Assembly: GCA_963782815.1 (NCBI GenBank)
Contig: CAWALG010000016.1
Coordinates: forward strand, 11,372-75,371
Direction of reading: 5' to 3'
DNA from: an uncultured Acidobacteriota bacterium
GTDB taxonomy: Bacteria > Acidobacteriota > Thermoanaerobaculia > UBA5066 > Gp7-AA6
DNA length: 64,000 bases
The notes beneath the pieces are model-generated. The model did not search any database, had not been told where the DNA came from, and saw only the letters and a list, made by a program, of their open reading frames with translations. Shown one piece after another: positions 19,950 through 30,986 of the stretch; position 1 is the stretch's first letter; each line of letters starts with the position of its first letter. Made by a program: the position numbers and the translations under genes.

Positions 19950-22900
19950 ATGGAACTCACGCGTCGCGGATTCTTCAAAGCAACCACCATCGGCGGGACC
20001 ATCGCCCTCGGCTTCGACGTCTCCAAGGCCGAGGCGGAGATGCGGGAGTTCAAGATCTCCCGCACGACCGAGACGCGCAGCATTTGCCCCTACTGCGCGG
20101 TCGGGTGCGGCGTGATCCTCCACACGCTCGGCGACAAGTCGAAGAACGCCAAGGCGGCGGTCGTCCACGTGGAGGGGGATCCGGATCAGCCGGTGTCTCG
20201 CGGCACGCTGTGCCCCAAGGGGATCACGCTCAAGGACGACATCACCCACAAGAACCGGCTGACGAAGCCGATGGTGCGAAAGCCGGGCTCGGACAAGTGG
20301 GAAGACATCTCCTGGGACGAGGCGATCGCGAAGATCGCCCGCCACATCAAGACGACGCGCGACAAGTGCTTCGTCGCCAAGAACGCCAAGGGCCAGGTCG
20401 TCAATCGCAACCCCGGCATCGCCTGGATCGGCGGCTGCACCGACACCAACGAGTTCAACTACCTCCAGTGGAAAGTCATCTCGGCCCTGGGGGTGCCGTA
20501 CCGGGACAGCCAGGCCCGGGTTTGACACGGCCCGACGGTGGCCAGTTTGGCCGCCACGTTCGGGCGCGGGGCGATGACCAACGGATGGGTGGACATCAAG
20601 AACACCGACGTCATCCTGGCGATGGGCGGCAATCCCGCCGAGAATCATCCCGTCGGCTTCAAGTGGTTCCTCGAGGCGCGGAAGACGCGCGGCGCCAAGA
20701 TCGTCGCGGTCGATCCGCGCTTCACGCGCACCGGCGCCCTCGCGGACCTCTACGCGCCGGTCCGCGCCGGGATCGGACATCGCCTTCCTCCTCGGAATCA
20801 TCCGGTACGCGATCGAGACGAAGCGCTTCCACGAGGACTACGTCAAGCTCCACACCAACGCCCCCTACATCATCGGCGAGAAGTTCGCCTTCAACGACGG
20901 CCTCTTCTCCGGGTTCGACGAGGCCAAGGGGGACTACGACAAGAGCAACTGGGGCTACGAGGCCGACGCCAAGACGAAGGCGTACGGGGTGGACCCGACG
21001 CTCCAGAACCCGCGCTGCGTCTTCCAGCTCCTGAAGGAGCACGTGGACCGCTACACGCCCGAGATGGTCGAGCGGATCTGCGGGACGCCGAAGGACAAGT
21101 TCCTGAAGGTCTGCGAGATCGTGACTTCGACCGGCAACGCCGAACGGGTGGGCACGATCACCTACGCGCTCGGCTGGACGCAGCACTCGACGGGCGTCCA
21201 GATGATCCGCGCCGCGGCGATGCTCCAGCTCCTGCTCGGCAACGTCGGGCCGGCCGGGCGGCGGAGTCAACGCCTTCCGCGGCCACTCCAACATCCAGGG
21301 CGCGACCGACACGGCCGGGACGTTCGACATCCTGCCCGGGTACCTGAAGACGCCGGCCGGCCCGCAGCAGTCCCTGAAGGAGTACCTCGAGACCAACACG
21401 CCCACGACGCTCAACAAGGAGGCGTGGGCCTCGATGAACTACTGGTCGAACTACCCGAAGTTCATGGTCTCGCTCCTGAAGGCCGCCTGGGGAAAGGCCG
21501 CGACGAAGGAGAACGACTTCGGCTACGCGTGGCTCCCCAAGGTCGACGGCAACTACTCCTGGATGTACATCTGCGACGACATGTACCGCGGCAACTCGAC
21601 GCGCGCCGGAGGCAAGGAGCCCGGGCCCGGAGGGATTCATCTCCTTCGGCATGAACCCGGTCGGCCTCGGCCCGAACTCGAAGAAGTGGATCGCGGCGCT
21701 GTCGAAGCTGAAGTGGCTGGTCATGGTCGAGAACGTGGAGACCGAGACGCGCCCAGTTCTGGAAGGCGCCGAAGGAGTACGACCCGCCCGAGGCCTCCAA
21801 GATCCAGACCGAGGTCTTCCTGCTCCCCGCCGCGGACTTCGCGGAGAAGGACGGGACTTTCACCAACTCCGCGCGCTGGATCCAGTGGAAGTGGAAGGCG
21901 CTCGATCCGCCGGGCCAGGCGAAGTCCGACCAGGAGATCGTGGCGCGGATCTTCCTCGCCGTGCGGGACCTCTACAAGAAGGAGGGGGGCGCGCTACCCG
22001 AAGCGGTCACGAATCTCTCCTGGGGCTACACGAATCCCGTCGAGCCCGATCTCGGCGACGTCCTGAAGGAGATCAACGGGAAGGCGCTCGCGGACATCCC
22101 GGACCCGAAGGACAAGACGAAGACGCTGAAGACCGCCGGCCAGCAGGTGGACGGATTCGGCCAGCTCCAGGACGACGGGTCCACGATGTGCGGCAACTGG
22201 CTCCACTCGGGCGTGTACACCGAGGCGGGCAACAACGCGCAGCGCCGCTCGACCGCCGACCCGACCGGCCTCGGCATGTACCACAACTGGGGATTCTCCT
22301 GGCCGGCGAACCGCCGCGTCATGTACAACCGCGCGTCCGCCGACAAGGACGGGAAGCCCTGGGATCCGAAGCGCCCCGGGATCGCCTGGAACGGCGAGAA
22401 GTGGGTCGGCGACGTGCCCGACATGAAGCCCGACGCGCCTCCCGGCACGTTCGGCGCCTTCATCATGCTGCCGGAGGGCGTGGGCCGCCTCTTCGCGCCG
22501 GCGCTGAACGACGGCCCGTTCCCGGAGCACTACGAGGCGATCGAGGCGCCGATCGACAACCCGCTCCACCCGAAGGTCTCGTCGAACCCGGCGAGCAAGA
22601 AGTTCTCCTCCGACAAGGACGTCTACGGGAAGAAGGAGGACTTCCCGATCGTCTGCACGACCTACCGCCTGACCGAGCACTTCCACTACTGGACGCAGCA
22701 CCAGCACAACGGCGTCTTGAACGAGCTGCAGCCCGGCTTCTTCGTCGAGATCCCCGAGGGGCTGGCCCAGCAGAAGGGGATCGCCAACGGCTCGCAGGTC
22801 AAGGTCACGTCGGCCCGCGGATCGATCCAGGGCACCGCGATGGTGACCAAGCGCCTCTACCCGATGAAGATCGACGGAAAGGAGATGTGGCAGATCGGGT

Positions 22901-23037
22901 TCCCGATCCACTGGGGCTACGCGGGAGACCCGAGCCACACGGGACCGCTCGCCAACCTGCTGACGCCGTCCGCGATGGACCCGAACACGTGGACGCCGGA
23001 ATTCAAGGCGTTCCTCGTGAAGCTCGAGAAAGCGTGA
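19950..23037 (+). CDS. fdnG: Formate dehydrogenase alpha subunit, selenocysteine-containing, Tat-exported (frameshifted in assembly)
   Basis: Tat motif TRRGFFK, CPYCAVGC Fe-S motif, QARV-TGA(20523-20525)-HGPTVASLAATFGRGAMTN, C-terminal TPEFKAFLV. Confidence 0.95.
20537..20555 (+). promoter_or_regulatory. Bacterial SECIS element
   Basis: Hairpin GGTGGCCA-GTT-TGGCCGCC beginning 11 nt after the in-frame UGA, with GU in the apical loop. Confidence 0.85.
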
Positions 23038-23050
23038 GAGGAGGACGATC

Positions 23051-23956
23051 ATGAGCCAAAACCTCGAGATCCGCCGCTCCTCCGCTTCCGTCTGGGGGAG
23101 CCTGTCGGGGATGCGCAGCGTCCCGACCGTCTCCAAGTACATCGACACGACGACCTGCATCGGCTGCAAGGCCTGCGAGGCGGCCTGCATCGAGTGGAAC
23201 GACCTGCGGCGCGTCGGCACGCAGCAGACCGGCACGTACCAGACGCTGCCCACGCTCCACGCCGAGTACTGGAACCTGATCCGCTTCAACGAGCGGGACT
23301 TCGACGGCGGCATCGCCTGGCTGATGCGCAAGGACCAGTGCATGCACTGCGACGAGCCCGGTTGCCTGGCCGCCTGCCCCGCGCCCGGCGCCATCGTGCA
23401 GTACGCCAACGGGATCGTGGACGTCAACCCGGACCAGTGCATCGGCTGCGGCTACTGCGAGACCGGCTGCCCGTTCGACGTGCCGCGCTTCCACCAGACG
23501 ACCGGCAAGATGGCCAAGTGCACGCTCTGCGTGGACCGGGTTTCCGTCGGCCTCGAGCCGGCCTGCATCAAGGCCTGCCCGACCGGCTGCCTGCAGTTCG
23601 GCACGAAGGACGACATGGTCGCGATGGGACTGCGCCGCGTCGATCAGCTGAAGGCGACCGGTTTCAAGGAGGCGGCGCTCTACAACCCGACCGGCGTGGG
23701 CGGAACCGGAGTCGTCACCGTGCTCGCGCACGGCGACCATCCCGACTGGTACGGCCTGCCCGCCGATCCGCACGTCCCGCTGCTCGTGAAGTTCTGGAAG
23801 TCGGTGCTGCGGCCGCTCGGCGTCGTCGCGATTTTCGGAGCGGTCATCGGCGCCTTCGGTCACTACATGAACCTCGGGCGCAAGGGGGTCAAGGGCGGCG
23901 ACGCGCACGACGCGAACCTTCCCGACGAGATCAGCCGAAAGGGGGAGCATCCATGA
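23051..23956 (+). CDS. fdnH: Formate dehydrogenase beta (Fe-S) subunit
   Basis: CIGCKACEAAC, CMHCDEPGCLAACP, CIGCGYCETGCP, CTLCVDR...CPTG; C-terminal TM anchor. Confidence 0.95.
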   Translation: MSQNLEIRRSSASVWGSLSGMRSVPTVSKYIDTTTCIGCKACEAACIEWNDLRRVGTQQTGTYQTLPTLHAEYWNLIRFNERDFDGGIAWLMRKDQCMHCDEPGCLAACPAPGAIVQYANGIVDVNPDQCIGCGYCETGCPFDVPRFHQTTGKMAKCTLCVDRVSVGLEPACIKACPTGCLQFGTKDDMVAMGLRRVDQLKATGFKEAALYNPTGVGGTGVVTVLAHGDHPDWYGLPADPHVPLLVKFWKSVLRPLGVVAIFGAVIGAFGHYMNLGRKGVKGGDAHDANLPDEISRKGEHP

Positions 23957-24650
23957 GCGCCGCTCACCGTCCGATGGATCCCGCGGTCGTCGTCGCGCGC
24001 AAGAAGGAGAACGTCCTCGTCGGCGAGGAGATCGTCCGGCACAATCTGAACTCCCGGATCATTCACTGGTCGGTCGCGGTGACGTTCTTCGTCTCCCTCT
24101 TCACGGGGATGCCGATCTGGACGCCCCTCTTCGGATGGATGGCCGCCTTCTTCGGAGGCCTGTCGGTCTGCCGCGTCATCCACCCTGGGCCGGCGTGGCC
24201 TTCTTCATCGCGGCGCTCTTCATGTTCTTCGACTGGGTGGGCGAAATGACGATGACCAGGCGCGAGAGGAAGGGGTGGTGGGGCCCGCTCCTTTTCCGGT
24301 ACCTGCGCTGGGAGGTCGAGGACGTCGAGACCGGAAAGTACAACGGCGGGCAGAAGTTCTTCTTCTGGACCGTGGGACTGGGCGCCCTGGGACTGCTGCT
24401 CTCCGGGCTCATCATCTGGTTTCCGCGCTCCTTCCCCCAGCTTCTCCGCGAGTTCTCCTATCTGATTCACGACATCACGTTCATCCTGTTCGCGGTCGCG
24501 ATCGTCTGGCACATCTACCTGGGCACGTCGGCGGAGCCCGGCACCTTCCGCTCCATGACGCGGGGCACGGTGACGCCCAAGTGGGCGCGGCTGCACCACC
24601 CGAAGTGGTTCCGCGACGTGACGGCGAAGAAGCACGATCCCCGCCACTAG
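23953..24650 (+). CDS. fdnI: Formate dehydrogenase gamma (cytochrome b556) subunit, one frameshift
   Basis: RIIHW, RVIHPW, GKYNGGQK, HIYL, WARLHHPKW. Confidence 0.92.
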
Positions 24651-25450
24651 CGCGTCGAAGGTCGCCTCGGAATTCGAGCGCCGGGCGGCGCGCGCGGAGT
24701 CGCTGGCGCGGGAGGCTCCGGCCGCGGAGGAGCCGCTCCTGTTCGCCGCCGGCCTCTACCGCGTCCAGGGACGGACGGCCGGCGCCCTGGAGGCCCGGCA
24801 CGCGGAGGAGCCGCTCACGGGCCACCTCGACGAGGACGCCGACCGTTTCGCCGATCAGATCCCGTCGCTCCTGCGCTACGCGGCCGAGAACGGGCCCGGA
24901 GGCTCTCTCCGAGGAGGCCCGCGCCCGGCAGGAGGACCTGCCTTCGACCGCCCGGACACGGCTGCTCGTCTACTGGGCGGGGGACCGGCCGTCGCTCGGA
25001 GGACTACCTCTCCCGCGCGATCCTTCGCCCCTACGTGGAGTTCCTTCGCTCGGTCAATCTGGCGCCGGACCGCGTCCACCGCCGCGGCCAGTGCCCGTTC
25101 TGCGGAGGGGCGCCGTGGATCTGCGCGCGCCGGGAGGGCTCTCTGATGGAGGGGGCGCGCCGCATGCTCGGCTGCGCGCTCTGCGGCGGCGAGTGGCTCT
25201 TCGGCCGGATCCTCTGCCCCTCCTGCTTCGAGGGGGATCCTGCACAAGCTCCCCTCCTTCCAGAACGACAGGCATCCCGCGCGTCCGCATCGAGGCGTGC
25301 GAGACCTGCCACCGCTACGTCAAGTCGCTCGACCTCTCGGAGGACGCCCGCCCGATTCCCGAAGTGGACGACCTCGCTTCCATCTCGATGGATCTCTGGG
25401 CCGTCGAGCAGGGGTTCACGCGGATCGAGCCCGGGATGGCGGGATCTTGA
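24634..25450 (+). CDS. fdhE: Formate dehydrogenase maturation protein, frameshifted; start uncertain
   Basis: CPFCGG, CALCGGEW...CPSC, EACETCHRYVK, VDDLASISMD. Confidence 0.87.
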
Positions 25451-25455
25451 GGGAA

Positions 25456-25492
25456 GTCTAAGGTCTAAGGTCTAAGGTCTAAGGTCCCAGGG
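25456..25492 (+). repeat. (GTCTAAG)x4 + GTCCCAGG
   Basis: Begins 5 nt after the fdhE stop. Confidence 0.9.
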
Positions 25493-25505
25493 CTAGGACG
25501 AACTC

Positions 25506-25947
25506 TTGGAGAAATCATTAGAAGGACTGCTGCCGGCGCAAGCGGCCTGCGAGAGACGGTTCGAGGATTTTCGGCGCGGCGCTCGAGCGGCGGGACGAGG
25601 AGGCGTACCGGTTGGCGCTGACGGATTTCCATCAGTGCTTGCGGCGATGGACGGAGGCGGAGGAGGCGGCCCTGCTCCCCGCGGTGCTGCGGGCGGATGT
25701 CGCGGGACGGGATCCGCGGCGGGAGTTGCGCCTCGAATGGGTGCAGTTGCGGGAGCTGACGCGGTACCTGCTCTCGCAGGTCAACGATCGGGCGCCGATC
25801 GGAGACATCCTCGGGTTCGTGGAGAATCTTGAACGCCGGCTTAGGGCTCACGAATCCGAGATGGAGAGCGTCTACTATCCTGCCGCGGCTCCCTTCCTCA
25901 CCTCCGAGGAATGGAGAATACTCGCAGACTCAGCGCCTTCGGCCTGA
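25506..25947 (+). CDS. Hemerythrin-like four-helix protein with degenerate metal ligands (one frameshift)
   Basis: Repeated helix pattern LRRWTEAEEAALLP / LRAHESEMESVYYP and terminal LTSEEW resemble HHE domains. Confidence 0.6.
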
Positions 25948-25980
25948 GTGTCGGGTCGCGAGCCGAGAAAGGACGAAACG

Positions 25981-27009
25981 ATGATCGTCGTCATGAAAGC
26001 GGGAGCGTCCGCTCCCGATATCGACGGCGTCCTCGCGCGGATCCGCGAGCTGGGTTTCGTCCCGCACCTCTCCCGCGGAGAGGAGCGCACGATCATCGGC
26101 GTCGTCGGGGACGACCGGCGCGTCGCCGAGGTCGGGATGTTCGAGGCGCTGCCCGGCGTCGCCGAGTGCATCCGGATCCTGAAACCCTACAAGCTCGCCT
26201 CCCGCGAGTTCGCCGCCGGGCGGACCGTCGTCGAGATCGGAGAGGGTCCCGGCGCCGTCGCGGTCGGAGCGGGCGAAATCGTCGTCGCGGCCGGACCGTG
26301 CGCCGTCGAATCGTGGGAGCAGCTGGAAGAGGTGGCCTCCGCCGCGAAGGCGCACGGCGCGAAGCTCCTGCGCGGCGGCGCGTTCAAGCCGCGGACGAGC
26401 CCCTATTCCTTCCAGGGACTGGGCGAGGAGGGGCTGAAGCTGCTCGCCCGCGCCCGGGAGGTCACCGGATTGCCCGTGGTCACCGAGGTCATGACGCCCG
26501 AGGCCGTCCCGCTGGTCGAGAGGTATGCCGATTGCCTGCAGATCGGCGCCCGCAACATGCAGAACTTCAACCTGCTCCAGGCCTGCGGCCGGTCGAAGAA
26601 GCCCGTCCTCTTGAAGCGCGGCCCCTCGGCGACCCTCGAGGAGCTGCTGATGGCGGCCGAATACATCCTCTCCTCGGGCAACCGCAACATCGTCCTCTGC
26701 GAGCGGGGGATCCGCACGTTCGAGCGCGCCACCCGCAACACGCTCGACCTCTCGGCGGTCGCGGTCTTGAAGGAGTGGTCGCATCTGCCCGTCTTCGTCG
26801 ATCCCAGCCACGGCACGGGGCAGCGGTCGCTCGTCACTCCGATGGCGAAGGCGGCGGTGGCCTGCGGAGCGGACGGCCTCATCCTCGAGGTGCACCCGCA
26901 TCCGGAGCGCGCGCTCTCCGACGGCCCGCAGTCCCTCACCCCCGCGATGCTCGCCACCGCGATGCAGGAGATCGCCGCCGTCGCGAAAGCCGTCGGCCGC
27001 AGGCTCTAA
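25981..27009 (+). CDS. aroF: DAHP synthase class I-beta with N-terminal ACT-like domain
   Basis: [56 protein letters not shown]. Confidence 0.95.
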   Translation: MIVVMKAGASAPDIDGVLARIRELGFVPHLSRGEERTIIGVVGDDRRVAEVGMFEALPGVAECIRILKPYKLASREFAAGRTVVEIGEGPGAVAVGAGEIVVAAGPCAVESWEQLEEVASAAKAHGAKLLRGGAFKPRTSPYSFQGLGEEGLKLLARAREVTGLPVVTEVMTPEAVPLVERYADCLQIGARNMQNFNLLQACGRSKKPVLLKRGPSATLEELLMAAEYILSSGNRNIVLCERGIRTFERATRNTLDLSAVAVLKEWSHLPVFVDPSHGTGQRSLVTPMAKAAVACGADGLILEVHPHPERALSDGPQSLTPAMLATAMQEIAAVAKAVGRRL

Positions 27010-27044
27010 TTCGCTCACCCGAATGCCGTGGTCGCCGCAACGCG

Positions 27045-27200
27045 GTAGGGGCGGGGCTCGCCCCGCCCGCCTCCGGTCGTTTCCTTCTGGTGAAGTCGAA
27101 AGTGGCAACGGTCGTCAGCCTCGATTCGTAGCCGGCGGCTCTGCTTTCTCGACGTCGCGGTACATTCCGCAGAGGCGGGAGGCGCAAGCGCCTCCCCTAC
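27045..27200. repeat. Inverted pair of GTAG-type REP sequences (REPIN-like)
   Basis: GTAGGGGCGGGGCTCGCCCCGCCC (27045-27068) and reverse complement GTAGGGGAGGCGCTTGCGCCTCCC (27177-27200). Confidence 0.8.
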
Positions 27201-27242
27201 AGCACGAGGGACGCAGATCCCGCGCAAGCGCGGAGCAACGGT

Positions 27243-27542
27243 TTACCCCAGTTGCTGGGTTTCGAACTCTGGCCCGTCGGGCTTCGGGAGAAGGGCCTGG
27301 TACGCCGAGGCCATCCGGTCCTGTGGCCAGCCGAGGAAGACTCCGTCGCCGCGAAAGAACGTCTGTTCCGGCGAGATCTCCACGTAGATGATGGCCCCTC
27401 TCCCCTCACCGCTCTCGACCGCGAGCCGCCAGGCGGACTGCGTCGCGGAACCGTCCCGAAGGCGGATCAGGAATCGCTCGAGCCCGAGCGACCGCGGATT
27501 CGTCAACCCGGGGACCAGCTCCGCCGTGGAAACGTCGCTCAA
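27243..27542 (-). CDS. 99-aa hypothetical protein
   Basis: GGAGG upstream of TTG; protein-like composition; co-oriented after moaA. Confidence 0.6.
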   Translation of the reverse strand: MSDVSTAELVPGLTNPRSLGLERFLIRLRDGSATQSAWRLAVESGEGRGAIIYVEISPEQTFFRGDGVFLGWPQDRMASAYQALLPKPDGPEFETQQLG

Positions 27543-27556
27543 ATTTCTCTTCCTCC

Positions 27557-27588
27557 GACCTTAGACCTTAGACCTTGGACCTTGGACT
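27557..27588 (-). repeat. (GTCYAAG)x4 heptamer array
   Basis: gaccttagaccttagaccttggaccttggact, just after the moaA stop. Confidence 0.88.
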
Positions 27589-27597
27589 CTTCGCTCC

Positions 27598-28621
27598 CTA
27601 CCCTCCCCGCGTGTGCATTTCCAGATGCGGATCGCGCTGGAGCGTCGTGAGCGGAACGAGCGCGGTACGGTCTCGCAGCGCCAGCCGGTCTTCCGCGCCG
27701 CGGTCCATCCGCCCGCGCCAGGTCGCCTCGATCAAGGCCCGAAGCTCCTGCCGCGAGGAGCCGGCCCGAAGAGGCACGGCCAGGTTCAACCCTCGCGCGG
27801 CGTAGAGGCAGAGGTACCAGAGGCCGTCGGCGGTCAGCCGGCTGCGGTCGCAGGAGCCGCAGAAGGGGGCCGTCGTCGAGGCGATGATCCCGAAGACCGT
27901 CCCGTCGGACGAGCCGGAATCGCTCCGCCGGGGCCGAGGTCTTTTCGGCGAGCGGCCGGATCGGCCCGTAGTGGCGCGCCAGGGTCCCGAGCATCTCCGC
28001 CCGGGAGACGACCTTGTCCCGCGACCAGCGCGTCGCTCCCCCGACGTCCATGTACTCGATGAAGCGGACCTCGGCGCCGACCTTTCTGCCGTGTTCCAGG
28101 AGAGGCACGAGCTCCTCCTCGTTGACTCCGCGGATCACGACCGAGTCGATCTTGACGGCGGAGAAGCCCATCCCCGCCGCTACCTCGATCCCCTTCAACA
28201 CTCGCGGAAGATCGTCGAACCGGGTCAGGGTGTGGAAGCGCTCGGGCTGCAGAGTGTCGAGACTGACCGTCACGCGGGAGAGCCCCGCCTCCTTGAGCGC
28301 CGCCGCGTTCTCCGCGAGCAGGACGCCGTTGGTCGTCATGGCGAGGTCCCGGATCGCGGGCTTGGCCGCGATCATCCGGACGAGCTTCGGCAGGTCGCGC
28401 CGGACCAGGGGCTCGCCTCCCGTCAGGCGGACCCGGTCCACGCCGAGGTCGGCGAAGACGTCCACGAGGACGCTCACTTCCTCGAAATCCAGGATGTCCT
28501 TTCGAGGCAGCCAGACGTAGTCCCTCTCCGGCATGCAGTACTGGCACCGAAGGTTGCACCGGTCCGTCACGGAGAGGCGCAGGTTGCCGAGCGGCCTCCC
28601 CCATTTGTCCTTTATCGCCAC
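27598..28621 (-). CDS. moaA: GTP 3',8-cyclase (molybdopterin biosynthesis), one frameshift
   Basis: [32 protein letters not shown]-terminal MHTRGG. Confidence 0.95.
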
Positions 28622-28644
28622 GCCGGGATTCTACCGCGCGCTTC

Positions 28645-28678
28645 TCCCTCTCCCCCCGGGAGAGGGAAGGGGTGAGGG
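28645..28678 (-). repeat. CCCTCACCC...CCCTCTCCC...GGGAGAGGG palindromic repeat
   Basis: Same family as 11089-11212. Confidence 0.85.
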
Positions 28679-28714
28679 CGACACCGGCGCCTCTGAAACC
28701 CGACGCCGCCCGTG

Positions 28715-29464
28715 CTACGACTTCCTCCCGATCCGCAGGTCCAGATCCCATCGAAACGGCCGGACCCGCTCCGGGGGTCCCCAGGCCGCCGCCAGCTCCT
28801 CGCGGACGAGATCCAGAGGGTCGTGGCCTCTGGCCGCCTCGTAGCGCTGCGTGGCCGACCAGGTCCGCAGGTAACCGATCACGGCGGAAAGGTCCCAGAG
28901 CTTCTCGAGCTGGAGCGCCGGCGGCTCGACGGGCGCGAAGGGGAATTCGAGCGCGGCGTATCCCCGCTCGACGAGAGACCGCTCCGGCGGCCAATAGGGG
29001 CCGACGACGTCCCTGTAGAAGCGGTGAACGACCGCCTCCACCTCGGGGCCGATGTGAAAACCGTGGTAGGACCAGACGGCGATGATGCCTCCGGGGACGA
29101 GGACCCGCCGGACCTCCTCCCAGAAGCGGGCGCGGTCGAACCAATGGAGCGCCTGCGCGGCCGCGACGAGCGCGACCGAGCCGCTCGCGAGGGGCGCCTC
29201 CTCCGCCGTTGCGACCGCATAGCGGACGCGAGAGTGCCGCGCGGCGCTCGAGATCTGCCCCATGCTGGCGTCGGTGGCGATAACCGCGTCGAAACTCCCC
29301 GCCAGGCCCAGGGCCGCCTGCCCGCTCCCGGTCGCGCAGTCCCAGGCGGTCTTGCGCTCCGGAGCCAGACCGGCGAGGAACTCGAAGAGGGCCTCCGGAT
29401 AGTCCGGGCGATATTGCGCGTATTCGCTCGCGCGACCGGAAAAATGGTCCGGAAAGGAAGTCAC
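28715..29464 (-). CDS. Class I SAM-dependent methyltransferase
   Basis: DHFS...YAQYRPDYP, AWDCATGSGQ, AQALHWFD, YLRTWSA. Confidence 0.9.
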   Translation of the reverse strand: MTSFPDHFSGRASEYAQYRPDYPEALFEFLAGLAPERKTAWDCATGSGQAALGLAGSFDAVIATDASMGQISSAARHSRVRYAVATAEEAPLASGSVALVAAAQALHWFDRARFWEEVRRVLVPGGIIAVWSYHGFHIGPEVEAVVHRFYRDVVGPYWPPERSLVERGYAALEFPFAPVEPPALQLEKLWDLSAVIGYLRTWSATQRYEAARGHDPLDLVREELAAAWGPPERVRPFRWDLDLRIGRKS

Positions 29465-29479
29465 GCGAAGACGTTACAC

Positions 29480-29520
29480 GGAAAACAAAGGACAGGGGGC
29501 GGCCGAGAGCCGCCCCTGTC
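29480..29520 (-). terminator. Intrinsic terminator of aceA
   Basis: GACAGGGGCGGC-TCTC-GGCCGCCCCCTGTC hairpin followed by CTTTGTTTT on the minus strand. Confidence 0.75.
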
Positions 29521-29544
29521 GAGATTCAACGAGACCGGCGGGAG

Positions 29545-30867
<1,323 letters not shown>

Positions 30868-30917
30868 CGCCGCCTCCTTCCCGCGGTCCGTCGCGTCCCG
30901 CGCGGCGGCATTCTGGA

Positions 30918-30986
30918 TAGCGAAATATCACTTGCAAGCGAAATTTCGCTAAACGAGGCGTGCTAAGATTTCGCGACCAGCGAAAT
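30918..30986. promoter_or_regulatory. Candidate operator cluster between aceA and its divergent regulator
   Basis: Perfect palindrome AGCGAAATTTCGCT (30937-30950) plus additional GCGAAAT half-sites. Confidence 0.65.

Noticed and set aside
24634-24636. ACG start codon for fdhE
   Set aside because: No canonical start is visible in frame, but the gene has several errors; a single C/T miscall or indel explains it equally well.
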